From the NCBI GenBank assembly GCA_964016885.1, contig OZ024741.1:682001-746000 (forward strand): a DNA stretch of 64,000 bases, written 5' to 3'. Numbering within the stretch: position 1 is the first letter of the stretch; every line of letters begins with the position of its first letter. Both the position numbers and the translations under genes were made by a program. Positions 54,275 through 64,000 of this stretch are shown piece by piece. This DNA comes from Eledone cirrhosa (taxonomy: Eukaryota). The notes beneath the pieces are model-generated. The model ran no database searches, was not told where the DNA came from, and saw nothing but the letters and a program-made list of their open reading frames with translations.

Positions 54275-54316
54275 TATATATATATATATATATGTGTATA
54301 TAAATATGTATATATA

Positions 54317-55795
54317 CTCTTTTTACCTGTTCCAGCCATCCGGCTGAGGCTATGCTGGGGCACCGCCCTTGTTGCTACACATTTAATCTCCAGCCTGTAT
54401 TGGTTGACCACTGGTGCAACAGGGAGTTCATTGCTAATGCCCTTAGGTTTCCCTCGTGCCTTGCTGTGGGCTCATCTAGGATCTTGTATAGCAAGGTGTC
54501 GACATGTTTCTTGAAGACATCCACACCATGCAGATCTCTCAGATCCCTTGGCAGCTTGTTGAAGAGTTGAGGGTCCTTGAACCCCAGACTTTTGCAATAT
54601 CTGCTCCTTATTCTAGATATGGAAGACGGGATCTTTGGCACCACACAATGACGTCCTGTTCAGCAGTTGGTCCAGCTCCCAATGCCAAAGTTTGGTGCTA
54701 GTCCCTCCACGATTTTCCACATGTAGATCACTGCGTATCTCTCCCGTCTTCATTCCAAGGAGTAGAGGTTCAGTTCTTTTAGCCTCGCCCAGTAGCTTAT
54801 CTCCTTCATAGTCACAATCCTCTTGGTGTAGCTCCTCTGGATTGCCTCAAGCTCCGTGGTTAGTTTGACACTATGGGGTGACCACAACTGGGAGCAATAG
54901 TCCAGGCGGCTTAGGACAAATGTCCTCCATAGTGTCAACATGGTGTCTCGGTCTCTTGTCCGGAAAGTCTTCAAGATCCAGCCAGCGAGTCGTCTGCACA
55001 TTGTCGCCACTTTCATGATGTGAGAGGAAAAAGATGCATCATCGCTCATGTCTATACCCAGGTCTCATATCGATTTTTACCCAGGGATATCGGTCCCTCC
55101 TGGTCCGGTGTAACTGTGTTGTACTGTATTTGTGTTTGCAGGAATTGCGTAGCGCTTGGAATTTGCCAGCATTAAACTGCATGTTGTTGTCTTCTGCCCA
55201 TTTGTATATGGCATACAGCCCTTGTTGTAAAAGGGCAGAGTCAGCCGGGTTTTTGATTGCCTGTGCTACCTTAGTGTCATCAGCATAGCTAGTGAGGGAT
55301 GTTGTTGTATGTACTACAGAGGGTATGTCTGAGAGAGCCACCAAAAACAGTAGTGATCCCAGCACTGTGCCTTGGGGAACCCCACTTGTTATTGATAATT
55401 CCTTTGAGAGGGCCCCCGTTTGCTGCGACTGTCTGGCTTCTCTCCTTTAAGAAGTCGTGCAGCCACTCACCTACTTTTCTAGTTATGGTGAGTCCGTGTA
55501 GTTTGTGACATATCATTCCGTGGTCGACTTTGTCAAAGGCCTTCGCAAAATCCAGATATATCATGTCCACATGTGAGCTGTCAAGCAGTTGTTTCAGTAC
55601 CCAGTCTTAAAGATGTAGCAGCTGTGTAAGGCAGTTTCTTCCTGGGTGAAAGCTATGCTGTGTGTTAGTCAGGCAGTCATTTTCCTCGAGGAAAGTGATC
55701 AGTTTCTTTCTGACGATTCGCTCCATGACCTTACTGATATGTGACGTCAGGGAGACTGGCCTATATTGTTTGGCTTCCGCTCTGCTACCTCCTAT
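54317..55795 (-). mobile_element. CR1-clade LINE, copy B
   Basis: IYLDFAKAFDKVDH, SYADDTKV and RLDYCSQLWSP. Confidence 0.9.
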
Positions 55796-57024
55796 ATGGA
55801 TAGGGCACTTGTGAATGCAAGCTCACCTTTATCATTCTGGAAACACTTCTCTACAATGACATCACAATTCTCTCTGACACACTGCCTCGTAATCTGGAAC
55901 ACCTCCTGTTTCTGTTCTTTGTGTTGCAAAACATGCTTGAATTTCCTATCCTCTGCCTCCCTTCTAGCTAAGTATACTTGTCGCCTAGCTTCCCTCCTGG
56001 TCTCTCTGTAATGTGCCCTGTTCTTCCATTCTTTCCATGCCTGTCTCTTAACCTTAACTGCCTCATCTACCATATTGTTCCACCACCAAGTCACTCTCCT
56101 CCTCCCTGTATATATCTTTTTATCATTATCCTTTTCTCAAATATAGACAAATTACGACACACACACAAATATTATGCATGGATATGTTACCTGGAAGCTG
56201 GAGAGTGAGAATAATATAGATGATAAAAGTCTATCTTCAGCAACAAGTTGAAAGATATTATTTTACAATATAAGAACTTGAAACTAAGACTAACTGAGTC
56301 ACAGAATAGATAGGGATGTACACAAAAGACCTAGATGTGAAAAGAAGTGGAAATTGTGCAGATTGCACGTTGAAGATGTGACCGATGTGAAGAAGCTGTG
56401 GAAAGATGTGGCGAAAAGAGTGAAGAATGCAATCCCTAGAAAGGTCATCCCCGAGAGTAAACATTGGGAGTTACAGCAACGTTTTAAGACATAGAAAGAG
56501 TAGTTGTGGATTGTTCCGGTGAAAAGCAATGAATTGGAAGCATAATAGACGACGCTCAGCAGTTAGAGTTCGCTGCCAAGCAGATACCATTATAATATTA
56601 TATATTAAGGAATCAGATAGTTTGTCTTTATTTCCTGTTGTTTTATTGCAAAAGCGTATCCTTGAAAGTGAGAGACAATATAGCGTTTGTTGGTGAAGAT
56701 GATATAATTTGTTTATCTATATTACTCTCTATGCAGAAATAAGGAAACATTTGCACATGGTCGACCCTGACTATACGTTCATAGTTGTGAAGCTTTGCTT
56801 TAGAGAAATAGAAAGAAGACGACTATATTTGTAATTCGAAGTATAATCGATGTAAGTATGATAAAAAATATTTGAAACATTGGAGATGATGTGCATCTAA
56901 ATACTAAGCATATACAGATGCACACATAAGTGAAAAGGAACACAAGCACACACAAATAGATGGATAGCTGCACACACATGCATACATATCTACCTAGTTG
57001 ATGTTTAAATTTCAACAAGTCTTA

Positions 57025-58228
57025 TCTTCATCACTTTACGTCCGCTTTTCCTTGCTTGCAAGGGTGGGACGAACCTATTGAGCACAGTATCTCTCCACTT
57101 GTCACGGTCCTTCGTCATCTCCTCATTGAGCTTTAGAGATTTGAGGTCTGCTCACACCAGCTCCGCCCGTATTTTTCGTGGTCTTCCTCTACTGTGTTGT
57201 CCTTCTACTGGGATTTCTTGGCACTTCTTTACCTAGGTGTCATCCTCCATGCGCATCACATGTCTATACCAACACAGTCTTCTCTCCTGCACACTACAAC
57301 TTATCCCAGTTAAACAGTTTCTCCCTGAAGTCCTCCATGCCTAGTCGTTCATTTCTCTCCAGCCATCGCATATCCTCTGCAGTTGCTGCCCAAGTCTCAC
57401 TATCATGCAGCATCGCGCATCTCACACAGTCATCATATAACCATCCTTTCGTACACAGGGAGAAATCCTATCACCCACTTCTATAGAACCCACCTTCATG
57501 TGGTAAATGTGTCTATCACTGCGTCTTCTACTGTCAAGTTCTGTACAACTACTGCATACGTATTTCTCCCTGCTTGTTAGTTTGCCTGCTATCCCACTAC
57601 ATCTCTTGTGTACCCAGGATCTGCATTGTGTACATTTTATAGAATTTATCCCAACTCCCTTTCTACATATTGAACATGACCATTTCCCTGATGGAATCAG
57701 AGTTTTGTCCTCTTCTCTACTTATCAACACTTTTGTCTTAGCTAGGTTTACTCTCAGTCCTCTTGATTCCAACTGCTTTTTCCATAGACAGAATTTCTTC
57801 TCTAGTTCCTCTACTGAATCTGCTATAAGTACCAGATCGTCAGCATAGAGAAGTTCCCAAGGGCAGCCAGTCTTAAACTCGTGTTATGGCTTGGAGAATT
57901 ATAATGAACAAGAGCGAGCTGAGGACAGAGCCCTGATGCACTTCTACTTGTATCTGGAATTCCTCATTAAACTCCATTACTTCTCTCACTTTACTGACAG
58001 AACCTCTGTACTTAGCTTGCACTGTCCTCACAAGCCATTCCTCTACACCTATTTTCCTTAGAGACCACCAGGTGACAGATCGTGGTACACTATCGAAGAC
58101 CTCCTTTAAGTCATCAAAAGCTAAGTATAGTGGCTTATTTTTCTCTAAGAACCTCTCATGTAGTTGTCTCACTAAGAAGAGGGCATCTGTTGTACTTTTC
58201 AGAGGCACAAAACCAAACTACATCTCAT
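57025..58228 (-). mobile_element. RTE LINE (PHD-in-RT family), copy B, truncated
   Basis: Same sequence as 34140-35460 with an extra deletion. Confidence 0.9.
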
Positions 58229-58270
58229 ACACATACATACATATACATACATACATATACACATACATAC

Positions 58271-58625
58271 ATCATCATCATCATCATCATCATCATTTCG
58301 TTTTAAGTCCACTTTTTCCCTGCTTGCAAGGGTGGAACGGGAACTGATTCTGGTTTGATTTCTACAGCTGGATGCCCTTCCTAACACCAACCTCATTTAC
58401 AGTGAGTGCTGGATGCTTTTTTGCCATGGCACCTCCGCGATCACTTTGCAGTGGAATGATATGGACCCCAGTCCCTATCATCTCATTTCTACAGCTGAGT
58501 AAACTGGAGCAATGTGAAATAAAGTGTCTTGCTCAAGGAAACAACACATCACCCAGTCTGAGAATTGAACTCACAACCTTTCGATTGCCAGGCCAATGCT
58601 CTAACCACTAAGCCATGTGCCTCCA
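58271..58625 (-). mobile_element. tRNA-derived SINE (family B): tRNA head, CORE/V-like body, RTE-derived tail
   Basis: A box TGGCTTAGTGG; B box GAGTTCAATTC; CCTTGAGCAAGACACTT body; RTE UTR tail with (GAT)n. Confidence 0.75.
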
Positions 58626-59050
58626 TATACATATACATACACATACATATACATACACATATATAAATACATACATATATATATACATATACATACATAC
58701 ACATATACATACATATATATACATATACATACATACACACACATATATACACAGACATACATATATACATATACATACATACACACATATACATACATAT
58801 ATACATATACACACATACACACACACATACATATACATACATATACACATACATAATTATACACATACATATATATATATACATACACACATATATATAC
58901 ATACACACACATATGCATACATACATATACACATACATACACATCCATATACATACATATACACAGATATACATATACACTCATATTTACATATATATAG
59001 ATACATATACATACATACACATACATACATATATATATATATACATACAT
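58626..59050. repeat. (CA)/(TA) compound microsatellite
   Basis: Directly visible. Confidence 0.95.
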
Positions 59051-59054
59051 AAAA

Positions 59055-59590
59055 ACAAATTCACCTCATGGACGAGAATGCAAGGGCTCCTCCTCTTTGT
59101 TTCGGCCGCGGATAGCTAACATAACCCCATCCTCGCTCCCACCCTCCAAGCGCAATCCAAAACTTCAGAGTTGGTACCATGAATGTAGGCACCTTAAAGG
59201 GTGGCTCTAACGATGTTGTAGAAATGCTTGAACGTAAGGAGGTCGATGTTTGTTGTATTCAAGAGACCAGGTGGAGGGGTTGGTCTGCTAGATTCATCGT
59301 GGGTAAAGAACGATGCTATAAGCTTTTCTGGGTGGGAAATGACAATGGGCTGGGTATACACCTGCCACCCCCACCACTCCACCGCAAAGTGGTCGTGGAG
59401 GCGCCACGGCAAAAAAGCACCCAGCCCACACTGTTAAGCTGACATGGAGGTGCCACGGAAAAAAAAACACCCAGCACTCACTTCAAACGGAGTTGGCGTC
59501 AGGAAGGGCACCCAGCTGTAGAAACCAATCCAGAATCAGCTCCCATCCCACCCTTGCAAGCATGGAAAAGCGGACGTATGATGAAGTTGA
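59055..59590 (+). mobile_element. Internally deleted RTE: APE N-terminus joined to 3' UTR
   Basis: RVGTMNVGTLKG..VDVCCIQETRWRG..YKLFWVG up to ~59357, then the 3' UTR module and terminal hairpin. Confidence 0.7.
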
Positions 59591-60373
59591 TATATATATA
59601 TATATTAGTATATATATACACATACATATGTACACATATACACATACATATATGTACATATATATGTATACACACATATATATCAGTGTACATGTATATA
59701 TACATATATATATATAAATGAATATTTATTCAATTTAAAGTGCCAATTATCTATATATAACAAGATATGAATTTTTCACTTCAATTTTTACTTTCTATTT
59801 AATACAGTCTTTGATCCAATATAATCCTGACAGTATTTGAACCAGTTTACCTCATATATATGTATGCACACACAACACTCAAGTTTCGCCATCTACTGCC
59901 ATTTCATTCATATTTATTGTTTAATTAACTCTGGTCTAATTCATCAACTATTGTTAATTATATTATTACGTAGATTTCTTATAAAATCTAGTGCATATAT
60001 ACGTGTATATATACAGGGAGACACTGTAATAGATGTAAAGAGAGTGAGAGATAGAGTTATAGAAGTAAAGAGAGGGAGAGAAATAAGCGGTAGATAGAGT
60101 AATAGATGTAAAGAGAGGGTTAGAACGTTCAACTTGGCAGTCAGTACCAATGTTCAGCATGGTAGCCAGTACTTATGCCAACTACTCAACCGGCCAGCCA
60201 GCCGTATTTGCGGTTGACTGGCCAGTTGGGCGGTTGGTATATGGAAGTTCAACTACGCAGTCAGTACCAAAGTTCAACATTGTAGCCAGTGCATATGCCG
60301 ATCGCCGCGCCCTCTTTGCTCTTTTTCAATGACCTGGAACTAAGTAAAAAGAGTAGGAGATAACTCGACAAGA

Positions 60374-60458
60374 GCGGAGAGGGTGAGATTCGAACCATGT
60401 AAAGTCGCTGGCTCCTGAAGTTCGTAAGCGGAGCTGCTACTGACTGAGCAACGCCGGC
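60374..60458 (-). pseudogene. tRNA-like sequence (Arg-ACG-like loop), SINE head or tRNA pseudogene
   Basis: TTGCTCAGTCAGTAG A box, TTACGAA loop, GGTTCGAATCT B box; stems pair poorly. Confidence 0.45.
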
Positions 60459-61260
60459 AGCAAGGCAAATCGCGCATAAAATAACGCTTATATCGACAAA
60501 AAAAACAAAAATTTCCATGTTGCATTCTTGTTTGTTGTTCTTTTATTTTACATAAACATTTCGCTGCACTAGCGTCTTATTTCCTATTAGATTACACTTA
60601 ATTCCATTAAACATTCATTCTTAGTCTCGTGGTAAACTATTTCATCTATATTATATCGCTGTTACAGCCTTTTATTTCTACATATTTCACCTATAGCCAC
60701 TGTTACGCCGGTAGTATAAGTAGCTTTATAACAAGAAACGATGATATAACTCCACAAAATGTGTTCTTGAGCAAGACACTTCACTTCATATTGCTCCAGT
60801 ACACCTAGTTACACATAGACAGATACATACATACACATATATATGTACACACAATAGAAATAAGAGGTAGATGTAAAGAGAGGGAGATAGAGTAAAAGAT
60901 TTAAAGAGAGTGGGCGAAGGACGAGTTAGATAGTGTAAAAGATTTAAAGAGAGGGTGAGAGTGTGACACACATTTATCTGTCTATCTCTCTCTATTTTAA
61001 CACCGGTCGTTATAATTAGTTTTATAACACCGCTATATTACCGACATGAAAGAGGTAAATAATTATTTCTTAAATGTATAGAACATGTTTCTCTTGTCTT
61101 CTTAAATGTATAGAACATGTTTCTTATTTATATTCTTAACATAGCTAGGACCTTATCTCATTTACTGGTCTCTACTTTTAGGACTTTGCTGGTCCCATGT
61201 GCCCTCCATCAAGACACACTCGTCCCTTCTCTAAGCGCCCGTACTAATTACTACACATAC

Positions 61261-63130
61261 ATCATCATCATCATCATCATCATCATTTTACGTCCGCTTT
61301 TCCCTGCTTGCAAGGGTGGGACGGGTCTTATTCAGCACATCTCTCCACTCGTCACGGTCCCTCGTCATCTCCACCGTGAGCTTCAATGATCTGAGGTCTG
61401 TTCTCACCACCTCCGCCCATGTTTTTCGTGGTCTACCTCTACCACGTCTTCCTTCAACTGGCATTTCCTGGCACTTCTTCACCCATCGGTCATCCTCCAT
61501 GCGCATCACATGTCCATACCACCTCAGTCTCCTCTCCCGTACACTACATTCTATCCCTCTCAGACACAGTTTCTCTCTCAACACATTTATGCTGGGTCGT
61601 TCACGCACATTTACACTGCACATCCAACGGAGCATGCTTGCCTCATTTCTCTCCAGCCGTCGCATATCCTCTGCGGTTGCTGCCCATGTCTCACTACCAT
61701 GCAACATCGCGCTCCTCACACAGGCATCATACAACCCGCCTTTCGTACGCAGGGAGAAACCCTTCTTCGTCAACAGAGTAAGCAGCTCCCTAAACTTCTT
61801 CCAACTCGTCCTTATTCTAGATATTATGGCCTCGGAACACCCTCCTCCCATGCTAATCTGATCTCCTAGGTACCGGAAACTATCCACCACTTCTATAGCG
61901 CCCTCTCGCATTTGAAAAATGTGTCTATCAGTGCGACTTCTACTGTCTAATTTCCCTGTACATCTACCGCATACATATTTCTCCCTACCTGTTAGTTTGC
62001 CTGCTATCCCGCTACATCTCTTGTGTACCCAGGACCTGCATTGTGTGCATTTTATAGAATTTATGCCAGTTCCTTTTCTGCATATCGAACATGGCCATTT
62101 CCCTGACGGAATCAGGGTTTTGTCCTCTTTTCTACTCATCAACACTTTTGTCTTAGCTAGATTTACTCTCAGTCCTCTTGCTTCCAACTGCTGTTTCCAT
62201 AGCCGGAATTTATTCTCTAGCTCCTCTACTGATTCTGTTATAAGAGCCAGATCGTCAGCATAGAGAAGTTCCCATGGACAGCCAGTCTTAAACTCCTCTG
62301 TTATGGCTTGGAGGACTATAATGAACAAGAGCGGGATGAGGACCGAACCCTGATGTACTCCTACTTGTATCTGGAATTCCTCACTAAGCTCCATTCCTAC
62401 CCTGACTTTACTGAGAGTACCTCTGTACAAAGTTTGCACTGTCCTCACAAGCCATTCCTCAACACCTAGCTTCCTTAGGGACCACCAGATGACAGATCGG
62501 GGTACCCTATCAAAGGCCTTCTCTAGGTCAACAAAGGCTAAGTATAGTGGCTTATTCTTCTCTAAGAACCTCTCTTGCATTTGCCTCACCAAGAAGAGGG
62601 CATCTGTTGTACTCTTCCCAGGCACAAAACCAAACTGCATCTCATCTAGTTTGACCCTTTCTCTAATTAGTTGTGCTAAAATCCTTTCTGCCACTTTCAT
62701 AACCTGATCTATCAGTTTTATACCCCTATAATTGCTCCTCTCCAAAGCATCCCCTTTACCTTTGTAGCAATTTATGAGAATACTGCTGCACCAGTCTTTG
62801 GGTATGACACCACCATATATAGCCTGATTGATGATGCGTGCAACCAGTTTAGTCCCCTGGTGCCTTCAGCATCTCAGCAACTATTCCCGATGGTCCGGCC
62901 GCCTTACCATTTTTCATTTCCCTAATCGCCTCTTGAACCCTATATTCGTCAATCTCAATAGCTGGTCCCTCTGTCGGATCTACCAAGGGTAATTTCTCTC
63001 TCTCCCTTCGTTCTCCACATTCATCAGTCTCTCATAATGACATTTCCAGGCCTCCTTTTTCTGGTCATTTGTGACACTAAGTACACCGGCATCATCCCGG
63101 ACACATTTATCTCCAACAACATCCTGATTT
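61261..63130 (-). mobile_element. RTE LINE (PHD-in-RT family), best preserved copy, 5'-truncated
   Basis: Open 485-aa frame plus frameshifted upstream linker; (ATG)n tail immediately after the stop. Confidence 0.95.
61288..62745 (-). CDS. RTE reverse transcriptase with embedded PHD-type C4HC3 finger (partial ORF)
   Basis: FVDLEKAFDRVPR, GVHQGSVL, LLYADDL, CSIC-CTQC-HKRC-CGRC, FRYLG and RRLRWYGHV. Confidence 0.9.
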   Translation of the reverse strand: MERSNYRGIKLIDQVMKVAERILAQLIRERVKLDEMQFGFVPGKSTTDALFLVRQMQERFLEKNKPLYLAFVDLEKAFDRVPRSVIWWSLRKLGVEEWLVRTVQTLYRGTLSKVRVGMELSEEFQIQVGVHQGSVLIPLLFIIVLQAITEEFKTGCPWELLYADDLALITESVEELENKFRLWKQQLEARGLRVNLAKTKVLMSRKEDKTLIPSGKWPCSICRKGTGINSIKCTQCRSWVHKRCSGIAGKLTGREKYVCGRCTGKLDSRSRTDRHIFQMREGAIEVVDSFRYLGDQISMGGGCSEAIISRIRTSWKKFRELLTLLTKKGFSLRTKGGLYDACVRSAMLHGSETWAATAEDMRRLERNEASMLRWMCSVNVRERPSINVLREKLCLRGIECSVRERRLRWYGHVMRMEDDRWVKKCQEMPVEGRRGRGRPRKTWAEVVRTDLRSLKLTVEMTRDRDEWRDVLNKTRPTLASREKRT

Positions 63131-63134
63131 GTAT

Positions 63135-64000
63135 ATATATTTACGTATATATATTTATTTTAAGAAACCTTAATGACAAATAAAATAAAGTATTTGTAAA
63201 GTGGGGAAGAGTAGTTTTACGGTGCAGTTGTTATATAGATATCGTTTTTGTAGTGGGGTTGTGACTGGCGTATAATAATCAGTCACGGTTGATGTATATA
63301 CAAATCATATTTTGGATATAAGTGAAGTTATTTAAGAGATTTAGTTGTTTTGTATATATTCCAGTTGTTGTCTCCCTGTTTCTTCTTCAACAACTATAAC
63401 GGTACGCGATGGGGCCCACCCACAGCCCCGGCGGACAGAATGGAGAAGGCGTTTCCCCGGAGCACGGCAAGGGAGACGCACTGGAAAAGCCACTCCAACT
63501 CGCGGGGATCACACCTGCGGCTGGCCAGCTCAGCGCCTATGGTAGTGAGTAAGGAGGTAGCCCTGGGGCCGGGGACACCAGAAGTCTCCACTTCCAGGGG
63601 TACGACCGCAAACCTGTCGGAGAGCGACCGATATGTGAGGAGTTTGGCCCCCTCAGCCTGACGTGCAGCAGAACCTGGGCCAGTCGCAGACTGCACCAGG
63701 TTGCGGCTGCAGAAAGTGTTGGTGCAAGTGGCATCCCAGACGAGGGGTTTGCCACCGCGGAACGGGAAGATGGTCATGCCATCTGGCCTTTTGCCGTCCC
63801 CTCGAGCTGGGAAGGGAAGCCTGCAGCGTCCAAGCCATGCTTAATGACTTCGTTGAGGGCAGCATGGCGTGGATTGCGGCTGGCACTGTGGGGACAGGAA
63901 AGCGGGTGGAGGCCGAAAGAGTCCATGGTGGAACCGCAGCGACATTGGTGTGAGGCCGAGCCTCAGGGAAACGCAGATGCGCAAGCTATGGTTGTCTAGC
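63135..64000 (-). mobile_element. CRE-clade non-LTR retrotransposon 3' part (CCHC knuckle plus restriction-like endonuclease), open at the right edge
   Basis: CRCG..GLHPLSC, RHAALNEVI, KRPDGMT, LVWDAT, AE.AK..Y, VET.G and SLAVLRGNA; GC-rich. Confidence 0.85.

Larger units (their letters stand above)
49162..58228. repeat. Segmental duplication copy B (partner 26255-35460)
   Basis: Colinear with copy A; private SINE insertion at 52742 and private deletion near 57468. Confidence 0.95.

Noticed and set aside
60374-60458. Functional tRNA-Arg gene
   Set aside because: Acceptor and anticodon stems do not pair; kept only as a tRNA-derived remnant.

Overview
Eukaryotic, repeat-saturated DNA with no recognisable intact host gene. 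The SINE/LINE tails and microsatellite load resemble octopod (coleoid cephalopod) genomes; this is an inference. Positions 1-11045 are a 38-bp palindrome-rich satellite with higher-order repeats. The rest is nested transposon debris: R4/Dong, several RTE families (one with a PHD finger inside the RT), CR1, a CRE-type LINE, Tigger/pogo, hAT, Tc1/mariner and Mutator-type MITEs, tRNA-derived SINEs, and Penelope-LTR-like pieces carrying hammerhead ribozyme motifs. A ~9-kb block containing an already defective Helitron occurs twice, 22.9 kb apart. The least explained features are: (i) a compact cassette at 19.9-22.5 kb with a spliced, tiny-intron SGNH-hydrolase gene, a convergent unknown gene and long inverted arms; (ii) a cluster of hammerhead-bearing elements, including a 116-bp palindrome centred on a ribozyme helix; (iii) one LINE apparently split by a 21-kb block. 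All calls were made by eye and element boundaries are approximate.
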